DNA from: a virus
Taxonomy: Duplodnaviria > Caudoviricetes
Virus record (IMG/VR): IMGVR_UViG_3300025382_000011
Location: 1-52,273 of that record
Strand: one strand, 5' to 3'
Length of the DNA: 52,273 nucleotides
The translations under genes and the position numbers were made by a program. The notes beneath the pieces are model-generated. The model was not told where the DNA came from. It searched no databases and saw only the letters and a list, made by a program, of their open reading frames with translations. Each line of letters starts with the position of its first letter. Position 1 is the stretch's first letter. Shown piece by piece: positions 8,019 through 16,279 of this stretch.

Positions 8019-8383
8019 TCCAGCCCCTCCAAAAGATCGTCGAAGTCGAGCGAGACGCTTTGATTGCGTGTGTTTTGTGCTGGTGCGGTTGTGGGTTGCC
8101 AATTAAAAATCTTTTTCGCGGTTTCCTCTGGGTCAGAAAGCCATTGCTCCCAGAACTTTGGGAAAGAACTTTCGTGGATGGTTGCGACGAGTCGTGATGA
8201 TCTGTTCGCGCCGACAGAAAAGAAGGCTGAGATTTCCATCTGACTATCTTCTCTCGGTGCGATGTAAAGCGCGGGGATCACGGAGATCCCCACACCCTGT
8301 CCCGGTGCGAATGCTGGTAAGCCCGATATGCGCGGGCGTGATGGGTCGAAGAAGTGCATTGCGAAGGGCTCCTTATTGGTCAA
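8015..8383 (-). CDS. hypothetical protein
   Basis: ORF tiles the operon and ends LDFDDLLEGLE. Confidence 0.65.
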   Translation of the reverse strand: MTNKEPFAMHFFDPSRPRISGLPAFAPGQGVGISVIPALYIAPREDSQMEISAFFSVGANRSSRLVATIHESSFPKFWEQWLSDPEETAKKIFNWQPTTAPAQNTRNQSVSLDFDDLLEGLE

Positions 8384-9863
8384 AGTCGGAAAGGTTTGCG
8401 AGGATGAGGGTGTGTTTGGTTCGAGTCTCGAGGACGTAGCGAAGGTTTGCTTCTTGGCGCTGTTCGCTTTCGGTCTTTGCGTATTTGGATGGGATGCGCC
8501 AAGGATCGAGGTGAACTACGTTGTCCCATTCGAGCCCTTTCGCCTTGTGGCCTGTGGCCAAGATCACCTGCCCATTGTTTTTCGCAAATAACGAGTTAAG
8601 CTCCTCAATAAGCTCTGCAACAGTGCGGGGCTTTTTCGCGGAGATAACTGCGATGATGCTTTCGTATTTGTCAGTCGTGTTGGCAGCTTTGGTGCTATCG
8701 CCGTTGACCTCGGCCTTGGACTTTTCAGTTTCATGCCAGTTTGTGAGAAGCGGCAAGAACTGATCGACCTTGGTTGTTAAGTCTGGGCAGAGCTTTTTGA
8801 CGATTGTTGAAAGGCCACGTCCTATCTCGCGTCCTAACATATTCACGCCAATACCCTGACGGATCAGCTTGAAGGCCATAGAAATTAAAGGCGCGTTGTT
8901 GCGGCAAAGCACTGCGGTGTCGCCGGAAGGGATTGCTTCCCACGTCCACTTTTCACCAGACAGATCGTAGATCGCGCCTTGCGGGTTGGAAGGGGCGGCG
9001 CGATATTGAGGGGCGTGATTGTGCTGGCGTTCGACGACGCTTAACGGGCACCTGAATGTGGTGTTGAGGGGGAGTTCGATCCACTCGGATCGTAGTGCTT
9101 TGATGGTGTCCATGCTGGAACTGTCTGCGCCTCGAAAGGCATAGATTGCTTGTCGGGGGTCGCCCACGACGATGAGCCTGTTAGCGGCGCATTTACGAAG
9201 CATCTGGTGGTTGAGTGGGGAAAGGTCTTGGGCTTCATCGACAAGGACTGTGTTGAAGCGTGGGAAGTCTCCCGGGAAGACCACGGGGAGGTAGATCTGG
9301 TCATCATAGGTTATGACTCCTTTTAGGCCTTCTTCGATTGACTCGCAGAGGATGCGTCGGGACAATTTGCACTCGTCAGGGGTGAGCAAAAGGTCATAGT
9401 CAGAAGCAATGTTCTGCCATGTGTCTGGTGTGTCAGGCAAGAGCCCTTTGGCGTTTTGGAATTGGGTAGGAACTACGCCTCTCTGCATGGCGTAGACGAC
9501 GAGTTGTCGGATCTCGTTCCATGAGCCTTTGCTAGATGGGAAGGCCTTGAGAGCCTCGGTCGTGAGGCGTCCAAGTTTCTTGTCGTCGATGAGCATTCGT
9601 GGCTTGTTGATGGTTTTGCCCCATGCGCGATGGCCAAGGCCATTCATGGTCATGACTGTGAAGTTGGGCGGGAAACGCTTTTCGAGTTCCTCTTTGATCT
9701 TCTTGTTGAACGCGAGCGCAAGGATGGGTTCTTTCGGCAGGACGGACGCGAGCATCTGCAGGGTCGTGGTCTTGCCGGTGCCAGCGAGGGCATTAATCAT
9801 AATGGACGAAGGGCTTTTGGCCGCTGCGATGATGTATTGTTGTTCTGGGGTTGGAGATAACAT
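8373..9863 (-). CDS. UvrD/Rep-like superfamily 1 helicase
   Basis: ALAGTGKT, LAFNK, VDEAQD, VGDPRQAIYAFRGA, FRCP, TGHKAKGLEW, YVLETR. Confidence 0.92.
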   Translation of the reverse strand: MLSPTPEQQYIIAAAKSPSSIMINALAGTGKTTTLQMLASVLPKEPILALAFNKKIKEELEKRFPPNFTVMTMNGLGHRAWGKTINKPRMLIDDKKLGRLTTEALKAFPSSKGSWNEIRQLVVYAMQRGVVPTQFQNAKGLLPDTPDTWQNIASDYDLLLTPDECKLSRRILCESIEEGLKGVITYDDQIYLPVVFPGDFPRFNTVLVDEAQDLSPLNHQMLRKCAANRLIVVGDPRQAIYAFRGADSSSMDTIKALRSEWIELPLNTTFRCPLSVVERQHNHAPQYRAAPSNPQGAIYDLSGEKWTWEAIPSGDTAVLCRNNAPLISMAFKLIRQGIGVNMLGREIGRGLSTIVKKLCPDLTTKVDQFLPLLTNWHETEKSKAEVNGDSTKAANTTDKYESIIAVISAKKPRTVAELIEELNSLFAKNNGQVILATGHKAKGLEWDNVVHLDPWRIPSKYAKTESEQRQEANLRYVLETRTKHTLILANLSDFDQ

Positions 9864-9894
9864 GTGAATACCTTTCGAATACGGCGCACAGCGC

Positions 9895-10317
9895 CTACAG
9901 GAAGAATGAGATCTGGTATGTGCCGGATGGGGTGAAGGATAGTTTTGCTGCGATCCCGTCTACGAAGGGGCCTTGGCCGGAGATCATGGAGTCAACTTTG
10001 AGGGACTCCAGCAAATGCCCGATAGAGTTCTGGTAATGCGCGGCATGATCTTTGGCCATATAACCAACGTGAAAGTCACGTTGCTCGTCCATCGACTCAA
10101 GGTCAAAGCCAGTGCCTTCGAGGGTTTCGACCAGTTCCTCACGGGCCTCGGATGGCAAGGTCTTGGTGTCAAGCCAGACCGCGATGGCGTTGGGATCATA
10201 CGGATTGTCAGGCTCAGGCCGGAGTTCGAGAGGATGTCCGGCGGGCAAGGATGCGAGGAGTGCTTTTGCGGGTGGGCGGAAGTGTGCGCCTACAAGGGGG
10301 GCGTGGTGTATAGGCAT
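9895..10317 (-). CDS. HIRAN domain protein
   Basis: LVGAHFR..LELRPEPDNPYDPNAIAV..HVGY. Confidence 0.75.
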   Translation of the reverse strand: MPIHHAPLVGAHFRPPAKALLASLPAGHPLELRPEPDNPYDPNAIAVWLDTKTLPSEAREELVETLEGTGFDLESMDEQRDFHVGYMAKDHAAHYQNSIGHLLESLKVDSMISGQGPFVDGIAAKLSFTPSGTYQISFFL

Positions 10318-10355
10318 AGTAGAGGACTCCGTGGTTTGAAGGGGCAAAGCCCCGC

Positions 10356-10670
10356 TTAGTGTGGTTTGGTGTTCGGATAGGTGTTGGCGAAGATCTCGGC
10401 GGCTTCAAGGGCCGCTTCGATGTTGGGGCCTCCTTTCTTGAGAACCTCCGTGACCATGGCGAGCGTAATGTCCACGGGGTGTTTGTGTTTTGTGGCAGCA
10501 TAAGACGCGATGCAAAGCATCAAAAATCCAGCTTGGATTGTGTTGATGGACGCGACCGCGAGAACGTCTGCGTTGTAATCGTGGAGATCGAACTGATCTC
10601 TTAGAAACGACTCGGTTTTTTGGTAGGCAAAGACTCCAACGTCTTTAAGGATGTGGTCAGGAGTGCTCAT
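10356..10670 (-). CDS. hypothetical protein
   Basis: Start MSTPDH follows AAGGA. Confidence 0.6.
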   Translation of the reverse strand: MSTPDHILKDVGVFAYQKTESFLRDQFDLHDYNADVLAVASINTIQAGFLMLCIASYAATKHKHPVDITLAMVTEVLKKGGPNIEAALEAAEIFANTYPNTKPH

Positions 10671-10914
10671 TGTCTTGTCCTTTGAGGTCTGCCCGTAGGG
10701 CACGGATGCGCTCCATCATCTCGTCGATGATTTCCGCGATCTCGAGTTTAGAAAAGCGCCCAGCTTTCCCACGTTTTTCAACGTCGTTGAGAGAGCGAGT
10801 CCATTGGGCGATGAGGCGGCGGTAGAGCGCGAGCTTTGCGTCAGGGCTGGAGTTGGTGGGGTGGACGCATAGAGCGTCCACGGCTGCGAGGTATTGAGAG
10901 ACGAGATGTGACAT
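10657..10914 (-). CDS. hypothetical protein
   Basis: ORF tiles the operon. Confidence 0.6.
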   Translation of the reverse strand: MSHLVSQYLAAVDALCVHPTNSSPDAKLALYRRLIAQWTRSLNDVEKRGKAGRFSKLEIAEIIDEMMERIRALRADLKGQDNEHS

Positions 10915-10923
10915 GACGGGCCC

Positions 10924-11220
10924 TTAGAAGGTGATCTCGCGTTCCGGGGTTGCGGTGGCGTCGATGGAGAGCAGAGGGATCTCGAAGCCTTTGGAGAAGG
11001 TGAGGGTGTTGACGATGGCCTCGACCTTGCCCCATGCGGCCTGTAGTGCGTCCTCAACGTCCCCTCCTGTCCCGCGAGCTTTAAGCTGCAGGTCTTTGGC
11101 TTCGTGTTTGATCTCGATGGCTGCAGTCCAGCGATCATCTGAATACTGGTATGAAGAACGGAAAAGAGAGATCTCTGCGTTCATGGACTCGAGACGAGCG
11201 ATGATCTGGGCAAATGACAT
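10924..11220 (-). CDS. hypothetical protein
   Basis: Start MSFAQ follows AAGGAG. Confidence 0.65.
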   Translation of the reverse strand: MSFAQIIARLESMNAEISLFRSSYQYSDDRWTAAIEIKHEAKDLQLKARGTGGDVEDALQAAWGKVEAIVNTLTFSKGFEIPLLSIDATATPEREITF

Positions 11221-11236
11221 GATAGGCTCCTTTAGG

Positions 11237-11273
11237 TTAGACACATTAGATACTGAGTAGAAGGTGGGACTAA
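11237..11273 (-). repeat. dispersed bipartite element, copy 2 (inverted)
   Basis: - strand ttagtccca-ccttct-actcagtat-ctaa-tgtgtctaa. Confidence 0.75.
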
Positions 11274-11629
11274 AAGGTGAGGTCTAAGAGTGCATCTAAT
11301 TCATCGAGTTGCTCCTGTTTGCTTTTGTGCTTGAAGCGCTCGGCATCGGCGCGTTGCTTTGCGCGTTCGAGTTTGGTGGCGGCGTCGGGGGTGGATTTCT
11401 GCCAAGCGTCCACGACATATTGGATTGGCATGGACGGCTGCGCGATGGCGACTGGGTGGGTGTAGGAGTAGACCTCGCGCTGGCGAAGAACACGCAAGAG
11501 AGACTCAGCGCCTTCGACTGACAGGGGGAACGTAAGTTCCGAGGTGTAGCCCTTGGGGGCAGGGAGATGGAGATGGATTTTGTCGCCGGAGGTGTAGACT
11601 GTGGAGGCGTGATCTGGAATACGTGGCAT
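11270..11629 (-). CDS. hypothetical protein
   Basis: AGGAG RBS and its own promoter. Ends LDELDALLDLTF. Confidence 0.7.
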   Translation of the reverse strand: MPRIPDHASTVYTSGDKIHLHLPAPKGYTSELTFPLSVEGAESLLRVLRQREVYSYTHPVAIAQPSMPIQYVVDAWQKSTPDAATKLERAKQRADAERFKHKSKQEQLDELDALLDLTF

Positions 11630-11654
11630 GAGGTAAGCTCCTGATTAATAAGGT

Positions 11655-11683
11655 ATATTAGCATATCGGTGGGTCTAAGTCAA
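11655..11683 (-). promoter_or_regulatory. sigma70-type promoter with a TTAGACCCA half-site adjoining the -35
   Basis: - strand TTGACT-N17-TAATAT. Confidence 0.7.
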
Positions 11684-11695
11684 CCACAAAATCTC

Positions 11696-11878
11696 CTACT
11701 GGTTCAGGAAGATTGCTGAAAGCAATCCGTTGGGGCAGGTGGCTTTGCGCATGTGTTCGTCCCAGATGAATAGGTATGAGAAGATTAGAGTTCCGCTGAA
11801 CGCGACATAGATTAGGATTGAGACGAAAGCCCAGCCTACTGCGAAGGCGATGAGACAGACGATGCCGAGAGCAAGCAT
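11696..11878 (-). CDS. small membrane protein
   Basis: Hydrophobic N-terminal ~38 aa; GGAGG RBS. Confidence 0.55.
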   Translation of the reverse strand: MLALGIVCLIAFAVGWAFVSILIYVAFSGTLIFSYLFIWDEHMRKATCPNGLLSAIFLNQ

Positions 11879-11881
11879 GAA

Positions 11882-12265
11882 TTAGTCCTCCCAGCAGGCG
11901 TCATGTGCGCGCTGGCGCATCTCGTCGCGTTCACGGTAGTCCTCGCGGGAGTAAGCGATGTCGTCCCACTCGTCTTCATGTTGCTCTTCAAGTTCAACGA
12001 TGTGGTCGAGGATTGCGTCGTCTACGGAACGGAGAGATGAGAGGGTGTAGAAAAGTTCGCCGGTTGCCTCGAACGCAGGGCCGAGTCCATCAAGACGCAG
12101 GACAAGAGTTACAATGTCGAAGTCAGGCTCGGAGCCGGGGTCGTAGTTCTCAGGTGGCCCGTTGAACTGACCGGACGGGGCGGTGCCGAAAGAGCGAACT
12201 TGGATTTCAATTTCGAGTTCGAAGTCAAAGCCCATGAGGGAGATGTTGGCGTGTGTAGTGGACAT
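11882..12265 (-). CDS. acidic hypothetical protein
   Basis: AGGAG RBS, 127 aa. Confidence 0.7.
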   Translation of the reverse strand: MSTTHANISLMGFDFELEIEIQVRSFGTAPSGQFNGPPENYDPGSEPDFDIVTLVLRLDGLGPAFEATGELFYTLSSLRSVDDAILDHIVELEEQHEDEWDDIAYSREDYRERDEMRQRAHDACWED

Positions 12266-12304
12266 ATTTGGCTCCTATGTAGTGCGAAGGTGACAGTTGG
12301 AAGG

Positions 12305-12736
12305 TTAAGCGTTGCCTTGTGGGAGAGGCCAGAAGTAGGGAAGGTCATCACGCTCTGTCCAATTGAATTGAGCGTAGTGGCCTCGATCTTTCCGCAACAA
12401 ATTGCTTCTGTGAGAAGCGTGGACTGCATCAAGGCCAAGCCAGTAAGGCTTTGTGGGGTTGGAGTCATCGGCGTTGTAGAAGGCTGCGATCTTTGGGCCG
12501 GTGTTGTCGTCGTAGCCCCGACGGAGCCACTCGCGGCACATTTCGATCCCGTAGGTGCAGAGGAGCTGTGTGTGCCCGCGCCACATGTTGACGGCGGGAT
12601 GTGACTGCCAGCCATAACGGGGGTTGGTGAGGGCGTTGAGGATTTGAAGGGTTTCGACGCGCTGCTTGCCGAGGCGTTGGCGGTCGAGACATCGGGCGGA
12701 TGCAGCGAAGTCTGCGTAGGGTAAGAAGGTTTGCAT
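12305..12736 (-). CDS. pyrimidine-dimer DNA glycosylase/DenV-related protein (MSMEG_6728-like family)
   Basis: MQTFLPYADF..LDRQRLGKQRVETLQIL..HPAVNMWRG..SHRSNLLRKD..Y. Confidence 0.85.
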   Translation of the reverse strand: MQTFLPYADFAASARCLDRQRLGKQRVETLQILNALTNPRYGWQSHPAVNMWRGHTQLLCTYGIEMCREWLRRGYDDNTGPKIAAFYNADDSNPTKPYWLGLDAVHASHRSNLLRKDRGHYAQFNWTERDDLPYFWPLPQGNA

Positions 12737-12744
12737 TGTGGCTC

Positions 12745-12921
12745 CTAGTATGTTGTGCGCAGGATGTATTGACGCTCGGCATAATCGTCGAGCGCAGATT
12801 GGAATTCGGACAGCGCTTCTTTGAGAAGGGCTGCGTCGAGTTGGTGACAGTCTTCCATGTAGAAGCCCATGAGTCTGCAGACCTCCTGTAAGGCGTGAGG
12901 GTCGATCTCGAGTTCGATCAT
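12745..12921 (-). CDS. hypothetical protein (58 aa)
   Basis: Manual translation MIELEIDPHALQEVCRLMGFYMEDCHQLDAALLKEALSEFQSALDDYAERQYILRTTY; GAGG upstream. Confidence 0.55.
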   Translation of the reverse strand: MIELEIDPHALQEVCRLMGFYMEDCHQLDAALLKEALSEFQSALDDYAERQYILRTTY

Positions 12922-13012
12922 ACCTCTGACTCCTCGAAGATTGGCAGGGCTGATTTCATGGTTTCAATCCAGATGTGGAGGTCGCGGAGCGCTGAAAGCG
13001 CAAGGCCGTTTT

Positions 13013-13080
13013 TGGGCCTTATGGTTTTGTCGCATATAATGGGCCTAACGTCAAGGGGTTTAACCTTACGCTGGGCCCAT
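13013..13080 (-). promoter_or_regulatory. cluster of half-sites around a TTGACG -35
   Basis: tgggcctta (13013), tgggcctaac (13040), ggggtttaacc (13055) and tgggcccat (13072). The -10 is weak. Confidence 0.5.
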
Positions 13081-13112
13081 TATTTTACATGCTGAAAGGT
13101 GCGCCTTTGGCG

Positions 13113-13718
13113 CTAGAATAGTTCGTCATCAGATAGAACTGGTATGCCTAGAGCCCGGCAGTCGTCGTCGCGGAGGGGGATGCTGCCGTCGTAGACGTCT
13201 GGGTATGGCTCGGGCATGTTGGCCGCTCGATGGGTTTCGTTGATTTTGATTTTATGCTGGATGAGATCGTCGTCTGGAGTCCAGTTGGTTGGGGGTGTTT
13301 GGTTTGGATGGGCTGGATGGGGGCGCACGATTTCCTGTAAGCTGGCGTATTTGAACCTGTCGAGTGTTTTGGGTGCTGTGGGGGATTTGAGGCCAGATAG
13401 TTCGGGAGTGTCTGAGAGTTCGCTGTTGGGAACTCCCCGCTTGCGCTTTGCATATGCCGCCGCCCGCTTGTTCTTTGATGCCATGAGTCGAAAATGCTCC
13501 TCCTCTCTCGCAAGGATTTCCGCAGCCTCCATCGGGATAGAGTTGGTCAGGGCGAGCGTCTGGATTGCGCGGAGCGTCACCATTACGTCAGCGAGTTCTG
13601 GGTTTGCGGGGAGATTTTTGATCTCGGTTGAGATGAAGCGCTGGTAGGTTAGGGCGCAGTCTTTGCACTGCCTTGCCGCCGTGATGAGTGCGATCATGCG
13701 CTCTTGAGTTATTGCCAT
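13113..13718 (-). CDS. hypothetical protein
   Basis: AGGAG RBS, 201 aa. Confidence 0.75.
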   Translation of the reverse strand: MAITQERMIALITAARQCKDCALTYQRFISTEIKNLPANPELADVMVTLRAIQTLALTNSIPMEAAEILAREEEHFRLMASKNKRAAAYAKRKRGVPNSELSDTPELSGLKSPTAPKTLDRFKYASLQEIVRPHPAHPNQTPPTNWTPDDDLIQHKIKINETHRAANMPEPYPDVYDGSIPLRDDDCRALGIPVLSDDELF

Positions 13719-13761
13719 TTGGGATCTCCTGTTGAGGTTGAGGGGCTTGCCGCCGCCAGTA

Positions 13762-13792
13762 GAAAACGCCCCAGCGAGTTGGCCGGGGCGTT
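13762..13792 (-). terminator. probable rho-independent terminator
   Basis: aacgcccc/ggggcgtt stem followed by T residues on the - strand. Confidence 0.5.
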
Positions 13793-13798
13793 GGATTG

Positions 13799-13978
13799 TT
13801 ATCTGTAATCAATTGCTGTGGTTGAGCCGTCATTGAACTGGAAGGATAATGTGTCGCCGCCGCCAGCCGCCAGCGTGACGGAAAGATCGAGTTCTTGTGC
13901 GAGGCGGATGATTTCCCAGAATGCTGGCTTGCCGGGATAGGTTATTATGAATGTCTCTAATTGTTGAGCGTGTCGCAT
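13799..13978 (-). CDS. hypothetical protein (59 aa)
   Basis: Manual translation MRHAQQLETFIITYPGKPAFWEIIRLAQELDLSVTLAAGGGDTLSFQFNDGSTTAIDYR; GGAG RBS. Confidence 0.6.
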   Translation of the reverse strand: MRHAQQLETFIITYPGKPAFWEIIRLAQELDLSVTLAAGGGDTLSFQFNDGSTTAIDYR

Positions 13979-14000
13979 GGTTGGCTCCGTTTTTGAGGGG

Positions 14001-14027
14001 AAAGGAAAGGGGGCTCGAAAGCCCCCT
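14001..14027 (-). terminator. rho-independent terminator
   Basis: agggggc-tttcga-gccccct followed by ttcctttc on the - strand. Confidence 0.6.
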
Positions 14028-14034
14028 CTGGTTG

Positions 14035-14595
14035 TTAGTCTAAAAGATCGTCGAGAGAATCGACTCCTTTTGTCGCTTTGCGGCGCGTGAACTCCTTCTC
14101 GACGGCTGCTGCGAATTTTGGCTTTTCGAGCGCCTTGGCGAGATAGGCGTTAAACGCCTCTTTTTCGTCCGGCTTGCTGCGCTTTGGAAGAGCGCGACCT
14201 TGCTGGCGAGCCCATGCCTCGAGCATCTCGACCGCGACCGTCCGGCGCAGTTTGTCATCGTCCGATAGACGCGGCGCGCTTGACGCTCGTTGCGGCGCGA
14301 TACCAGTCAAAATGCTGTTGAACATCTCCTTCTGGTAAAGATCACAAATGGCTTGCGCTGTGTGATCGTCTGCGCCCCATGTAGATAGACCGGCACGAAT
14401 TGCTTCGCGTTCGATCTGATCGTGCGACCATGGCGTTGCCCCTGTGCCGAGCACTCCGGCCCTAACGCCCGCTATTGCGTTTTTGATCTTTGTAGAAAAG
14501 CCCAATTGCAATAGCGCGTCGATGGATTGTTGTGGCAATTCATCGGCATTAACGGCGAAGGATTGGAATTGAAGGCGCGTTGATAGATTAGTCAT
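14035..14595 (-). CDS. hypothetical protein, first early gene
   Basis: AGGAG RBS. Ends SLDDLLD. Confidence 0.8.
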   Translation of the reverse strand: MTNLSTRLQFQSFAVNADELPQQSIDALLQLGFSTKIKNAIAGVRAGVLGTGATPWSHDQIEREAIRAGLSTWGADDHTAQAICDLYQKEMFNSILTGIAPQRASSAPRLSDDDKLRRTVAVEMLEAWARQQGRALPKRSKPDEKEAFNAYLAKALEKPKFAAAVEKEFTRRKATKGVDSLDDLLD

Positions 14596-14684
14596 TTTTC
14601 GACTCCTAGGTTATTGATTAGATTGTCAAACAGCGAGGCCCGGATGGGCCTAACAAAAACGACTCGCTCGTTTCTGATGGGTCT

Positions 14685-14712
14685 ATTATGCACGTTTTGG
14701 GGATAGGGTCAA
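14685..14712 (-). promoter_or_regulatory. leftward early sigma70-type promoter
   Basis: - strand TTGACC-N16-CATAAT immediately followed by AGACCCA (half-site). Confidence 0.55.
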
Positions 14713-14751
14713 TATAGGTTGGGCATAATTGTGCATTATGTTGGGGCCTTT

Positions 14752-14965
14752 TGTTCATGGGTATTATTTTTAGTCGCTATATGCTCTTTGGGGTTGTAAT
14801 GGGTTTAACCTTGTGCTAGGGCCTCTGGATGTATCCTAGTTTGAAAAAAAAATATAGAGAAGAGAGAAGGTTAAACCCACTATATACTCAATATATAATA
14901 GGGCTAAGGTTAGGCCCATTATGGACAGAAAAGCGCAAGGCCTATAAAAATGATACCCATGAGCA
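14752..14965 (+). repeat. long imperfect inverted repeat around an A/purine tract in the divergent intergenic region
   Basis: 14752-14772 vs 14945-14965 match 19/21; 14797-14812 vs 14906-14921 match 14/16. A9 tract at about 14844. Confidence 0.75.
14871..14907 (+). repeat. dispersed bipartite element, copy 3
   Basis: ttaaaccca-ctatat-actcaatat-ataa-tagggctaa. Confidence 0.65.
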
Positions 14966-15004
14966 TGAGGGGTGAATATTGGTGATAATTATCACCCACC
15001 CCTA

Positions 15005-15033
15005 TTGACATGCCCGCCACGGCATGGCATAAG
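15005..15033 (+). promoter_or_regulatory. rightward sigma70-type promoter
   Basis: TTGACA-N17-CATAAG. Confidence 0.6.
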
Positions 15034-15072
15034 GATTATGTTGTTTGAAATCGCTAACAAATGGAGCCACCC

Positions 15073-15243
15073 ATGACAAATGTTGTCACGGATTCAACGC
15101 ATATGACGGTTAAGACGCTTATTGAAATGCTGCAAGACCTCAACCCTAACATGGCAGTTTACGTCAACGATATTGACGGCGAGAGGGGTGAAATAAAAGC
15201 GCCCAGTTTTAACTTCATAGACGGGTTTGTAATTGTAGAATAA
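15073..15243 (+). CDS. small hypothetical protein
   Basis: GGAG RBS before MTNVV; MTVKTLIEMLQDLNPNMAVYV is a common small phage protein pattern. Confidence 0.6.
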   Translation: MTNVVTDSTHMTVKTLIEMLQDLNPNMAVYVNDIDGERGEIKAPSFNFIDGFVIVE

Positions 15244-15264
15244 AAGAGACGCTGGGCTAACAAC

Positions 15265-15302
15265 CCAGCGTTCCCTCCTCCAGCGTTTTCAATCCCAGCG
15301 TT
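15265..15302 (+). repeat. three CCAGCGTT direct repeats with exact 15-bp period
   Basis: Copies at 15265, 15280 and 15295; inverted cgctggg at 15250. Confidence 0.7.
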
Positions 15303-15400
15303 TACCCCCCAGGGACTGGCCTTTGAAGGGATTGTTGTAATGCTTAGCCCCACCCAAAATGATAGGAGTCGAGAAAAAGGTGATGGACCTATTACACTCC

Positions 15401-15429
15401 TTGCATAACACCTAGAGCCACATTATACT
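15401..15429 (+). promoter_or_regulatory. sigma70-type promoter for the late/packaging operon
   Basis: TTGCAT-N17-TATACT. Confidence 0.65.
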
Positions 15430-15448
15430 CAATCTCCAGTGGGCCTAT
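15412..15448 (+). repeat. dispersed bipartite element, copy 4 (degenerate, overlaps the promoter)
   Basis: ctagagcca-cattat-actcaatct-ccag-tgggcctat. Confidence 0.55.
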
Positions 15449-15469
15449 CGGCCTTTTGGAGCCCCGTTC

Positions 15470-16279
15470 ATGCAAGTCATCGTTCCCCCCGGCAGAGGCC
15501 GACGCCCCGCCCCGATCCTTTACAACGTAACCAGACATCTCGCGGAAACCGACATCGCTTCTTTATGGGAGGGGCGGAAGGACGGGGTGACGCCGAAGCT
15601 CCAAACGCTGCGCTACAACCACCATCTTCTGGCAAAGGCCGTGGCCTCGGGGAAATCGCTCATCGAATGCTCAAATCTGACGGGCCTGTCGGGGCCCCGC
15701 ATCTCAGACCTCAAAAACGACCCAGCGTTTCAGGAATTGGTGTCCTATTACGCAGAGGAATTGAATGAGGTTTATATCGACGTTCATCAGCGCATGGCGG
15801 CGTTGGGCACTTCTGTCCTTGAGGAACTAACTGAACGCTTTGAGTCGGACCCGGAGAAATTCACCAAACGCGAACTCATGGATCTCTTTACAACCATGGC
15901 CGACAGATCAATCGCCACGGCGAAAGGTGGGCCGACCCCGCAACAGGCTTTACAGGTAGCGGGCCCCGGCGGGGCAGGCCTTGCACTCCAGATCAACTTT
16001 GTGTCCCCGCAAGGCGAGGCCCCGCAAACCATCGAGGCGCAAAGTGTGAATGTGCTTCCCCCCGCCGAAGGCGTTAGAGGCACAAAGGGTGAGTTTGAGG
16101 GCCCTGCTCTTGACGGGGAAATCGATCCACCCCGCGAGCCCACATATTATCCATCTCCTTCGGAAATTGTAGAAGCCAAGGGCGAACTTGTGGATAGGCA
16201 AATCGCACAAAGAGATGCGGATGCTGCGGAACGTGATAGGATATATAAAGAACACATGGAAAAACGGAGAGGTTTGTGA
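15470..16279 (+). CDS. HTH + helical protein, putative terminase small subunit
   Basis: GKSLIECSNLTGLSGPRISDLKNDPAFQEL (HTH), a helical core, LQINF strand and a disordered tail. First gene of the late arm. Confidence 0.5.
   Translation: MQVIVPPGRGRRPAPILYNVTRHLAETDIASLWEGRKDGVTPKLQTLRYNHHLLAKAVASGKSLIECSNLTGLSGPRISDLKNDPAFQELVSYYAEELNEVYIDVHQRMAALGTSVLEELTERFESDPEKFTKRELMDLFTTMADRSIATAKGGPTPQQALQVAGPGGAGLALQINFVSPQGEAPQTIEAQSVNVLPPAEGVRGTKGEFEGPALDGEIDPPREPTYYPSPSEIVEAKGELVDRQIAQRDADAAERDRIYKEHMEKRRGL

Noticed and set aside
14796-14822. CtrA box (TTAA-N7-TTAA)
   Set aside because: Only one TTAA half is present at the sites inspected.
5372-14918. Element arms match the integron core GTTRRRY/RYYYAAC
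   Set aside because: In the full element the arms are in the opposite order to attC, there are no L boxes or extrahelical bases, and no integron integrase is present.
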